Below, one piece after another: positions 41,874 through 44,075 of a stretch of DNA of 44,075 nt. The stretch spans positions 1 to 44,075 of the forward strand of contig DASRZO010000241.1 of NCBI GenBank assembly GCA_035686405.1, written 5' to 3'. Position 1 is the stretch's first letter. Each line of letters begins with the position of its first letter. The DNA comes from Pseudomonadales bacterium. GTDB taxonomy: Bacteria > Pseudomonadota > Gammaproteobacteria > Pseudomonadales > Azotimanducaceae. The position numbers and the translations under genes are program-made. Under the pieces are notes generated by a model. The model did no database searches, had not been told where the DNA came from, and saw only the letters and a program-made list of their open reading frames with translations.

Positions 41874-44075
41874 GTGTTCGCTTCGGCCCGCAATTCGGTT
41901 TCACAGCTCACCGTCTACCGTGCGCTCGCGCTGGCGGCGCCGGTGGCGTTGGTCGGCATCGGCTTGCTGCGGCGGCTGGTCGACCCGGAACCCGAGTGGT
42001 CGTGGTACCTGCGCCTCGTCGTCTCGGCATCGTCGATCCTCTTCTTCGTCGCCACGTTCGTATCGGCGCGCGTCCGCGCACGCCCGGATCGCTACGCGGC
42101 GGTGCCGGTGTTCATGCTCGGCGGGATGGTGGTGGGCCTCGCTTACGGCACCGGCTTTTCGACCGATAGCGGGCTCGCCGCGCTGGCCGTGATGACTGCC
42201 GTGGGCTTGCTGTTCCGCAGCCGGCTTCACGTCGCGGCCTTCTTCGTGTTGGTCGGCGGCGGTCTCGTCGTCGCGATTCGCTGGGTGCCGCATCCGGCGT
42301 TCGAACCGGACTACTACACGTTCGTGCTGATCGCGTTCGCCGCGATTGCCTATCTCGCCATCGGCGCGCGCCTCGACGCGCAGCAGCGGCTGGAAACGAG
42401 CGAGGCGGTGATGTCGTCGCTGTTCCAAGAGTCCGCCGACGCGTTGATGCTCGCGGAGCTGCCGCGTGGTGCGATCGTGATGAGCAACGACCGCGCCCGG
42501 CGGATGTTCGAGAGCGACGATCCGCAGGTGATCGGCGGCCTCGTCCGCGACGTGCTTCTGCCCGATCCGTCGATCCGGCGGCCGCTGCTGCGCGACCGCC
42601 ACTGGAGCGGCGAGCGCAAGTTCACGTCGGCGAGGAGCAGTGTGTTCTGGGGCGATGTCGCGTTGCAGTTGATCGACGTCGGCGGGCGCCGCGTGCTGCT
42701 CAGGATTACCGACGCGACACAGCGACGCGCGATGGAAGAATCGCTGCGCAGCGCGAAGGAAATGGCCGAGGCGGCCGTACAAGCTCGCAGCCAGTTCCTC
42801 GCCAACATGAGCCACGAGGTGCGCACGCCGATGAACGGCGTGATCGGTATGACCAGTTTGTTGCTCGATACGCCGCTCGACGACCAACAGCGCGATTTCG
42901 TCGAAACGATCCGCGTCAGCGGCGAATCGCTGCTGACGATCATCAACGACATCCTCGACTTCTCGAAGATCGAGGCCGGCCGCGTCGAGCTCGAAGCGCA
43001 TCCGTTCGACCTCGAACAGTGCGTCGCGGAGAGTCTCGATCTGCTCGCGAGCCAAGCGCACGCGAAAGGCCTCGAACTGTCGATGTACATCGATCCGGAC
43101 GTGCCGACCGAAGTCGTCGGCGACGTCACGCGGCTGCGCCAGATCTTGGTGAACCTCGTCGGCAACGCCGTGAAATTCACCGATCGCGGCGAAATCTACG
43201 TGCACGTGCGCGCGACGCCGCCGGTCCACAAGCGCTTCGATCTGATCGTGGCGGTACGCGACACCGGCATCGGCATTCCGCCGGATCGCAAGGCGGCGCT
43301 CTTCACCGCGTTCACGCAGGTCGACGCGTCGACGACGCGACGCTACGGCGGCACGGGCCTCGGACTGTCCATCTCCAAACAACTGGTCGAGCTGATGGAC
43401 GGGCGCCTCGCGGTGGAGAGCCGGCTCGGTGTCGGCTCGACGTTCACGTTCAACGTCGCGCTGCAATGCGGCGACGCGCTGCCGAACGTCGCGGATGCGT
43501 TGCGCGGCCGGCGCGCGCTGTGCGTCGACGACAACGCGACGAACCGCGACGTGTTGCGCCTCACGCTCGCGCAATGGGGCATCGACGTTGCGATGTGCGA
43601 GACGCCGGATGCGTGTCTGGGTGCCGCCGTCGACGGCGCGTTCGACTGGATCGTGCTCGACCATCAGATGCCGGACTACGGCGGCGACGAGTTGGCGCAG
43701 CGCATTCGCGCGAAGCTCGGCGCGCGTTGTCCGCCGATCGTGCTGTTGACGTCTGCAGGCCGTGAAGCGGTCTCCGCACGCGGCCTGTTCGACGCCTTGA
43801 TGGCGAAGCCGCTGCGGCGGCCGACGCTGTACGCGGTACTGCACCGGTTGTTGCCGAGCGGCGATGCGAGCGCGTTACCGAGACCCGCGCAGGCGGCGAC
43901 GAATGCGACGCCCGCAGTTGGCGCCGGGCTGCATGTATTGGTCGCCGAAGACAACACGATCAATCAACGCGTCGCGGCGCGGATGCTCGGCCGGCTCGGT
44001 TGTCGGGTCGACCTCTGCAGCGACGGCCGCGAAGCGGTCGCGCTCGCGAGCCGCGTTACGTACGACTTGATCCTG
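41874..44075 (+). CDS. Hybrid sensor histidine kinase/response regulator (multi-TM N-terminus, PAS, HisKA, HATPase_c, two REC domains); 3' end lies outside the window
   Basis: The frame is open from the stop at 41810 to the window end, so it is absent from the ORF track. It has about 6 hydrophobic helices, a PAS-like SLFQESADALML..., the H-box FLANMSHEVRTPMNG, N/G boxes LVNLVGNAVKFT and GGTGLGLSISK, REC1 ALCVDDNATN...LDHQMP and REC2 VLVAEDNTINQ. The start is uncertain: GTG 41874, GTG 41943 or ATG 42114. Confidence 0.85.
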   Translation, partial: MFASARNSVSQLTVYRALALAAPVALVGIGLLRRLVDPEPEWSWYLRLVVSASSILFFVATFVSARVRARPDRYAAVPVFMLGGMVVGLAYGTGFSTDSGLAALAVMTAVGLLFRSRLHVAAFFVLVGGGLVVAIRWVPHPAFEPDYYTFVLIAFAAIAYLAIGARLDAQQRLETSEAVMSSLFQESADALMLAELPRGAIVMSNDRARRMFESDDPQVIGGLVRDVLLPDPSIRRPLLRDRHWSGERKFTSARSSVFWGDVALQLIDVGGRRVLLRITDATQRRAMEESLRSAKEMAEAAVQARSQFLANMSHEVRTPMNGVIGMTSLLLDTPLDDQQRDFVETIRVSGESLLTIINDILDFSKIEAGRVELEAHPFDLEQCVAESLDLLASQAHAKGLELSMYIDPDVPTEVVGDVTRLRQILVNLVGNAVKFTDRGEIYVHVRATPPVHKRFDLIVAVRDTGIGIPPDRKAALFTAFTQVDASTTRRYGGTGLGLSISKQLVELMDGRLAVESRLGVGSTFTFNVALQCGDALPNVADALRGRRALCVDDNATNRDVLRLTLAQWGIDVAMCETPDACLGAAVDGAFDWIVLDHQMPDYGGDELAQRIRAKLGARCPPIVLLTSAGREAVSARGLFDALMAKPLRRPTLYAVLHRLLPSGDASALPRPAQAATNATPAVGAGLHVLVAEDNTINQRVAARMLGRLGCRVDLCSDGREAVALASRVTYDLIL

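Noticed and set aside
1-44075. A window-wide look for CRISPR arrays, tRNA/rRNA genes, IS elements, integrases, phage genes and toxin-antitoxin pairs
   Set aside because: I noticed no regularly spaced direct repeats, no cloverleaf-like or rRNA-like conserved stretches, and no transposase or integrase translations in any frame. Reading by eye cannot exclude a small ncRNA; an Infernal/Rfam and tRNAscan run would settle that.

Overview
High-GC window (about two-thirds G+C by eye), gene-dense, with about 38 protein-coding genes. I found no rRNA, tRNA, CRISPR array, transposase or integrase. The backbone looks proteobacterial: an OprO/P-type porin fragment followed by sbp-cysT-cysW-cysA, a Cu(I) P-type ATPase, htpX behind a sigma-32-like promoter, yegD and nhaA. 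Between these sits a dense set of lipid and xenobiotic oxidation genes of the kind common in Actinobacteria. These include four luciferase-like (LLM) oxidoreductases, three of them resembling F420-dependent subfamilies, and a PNPOx-like split-barrel protein. They also include two ACAD10/11-type acyl-CoA dehydrogenases with an unlinked APH-type kinase, a Baeyer-Villiger monooxygenase, a crotonase and two acyl-CoA synthetases. Two MBL hydrolases, an MhpD-like hydratase and a membrane desaturase complete the set. The window ends inside a multi-TM hybrid histidine kinase. I see no recognisable defence, secretion or mobile system, and most of the window is ordinary chromosome. Five items seem most worth a second look. 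(1) A tightly coupled LLM-LLM-PNPOx-Lon-like protease operon (11.8-16.7 kb). (2) A roughly 590-bp gene-free stretch (20882-21475) with a perfect 14-bp palindrome next to the BVMO start and an AT-rich patch leading into an orphan lytic transglycosylase. (3) A roughly 68-residue, two-helix insertion in CysW. (4) An MhpD-like hydratase that appears to carry a signal peptide. (5) A GPH/MFS transporter whose conserved TM1 lies upstream of any canonical in-frame start codon. All family calls come from reading the translations by eye; no database search was possible.
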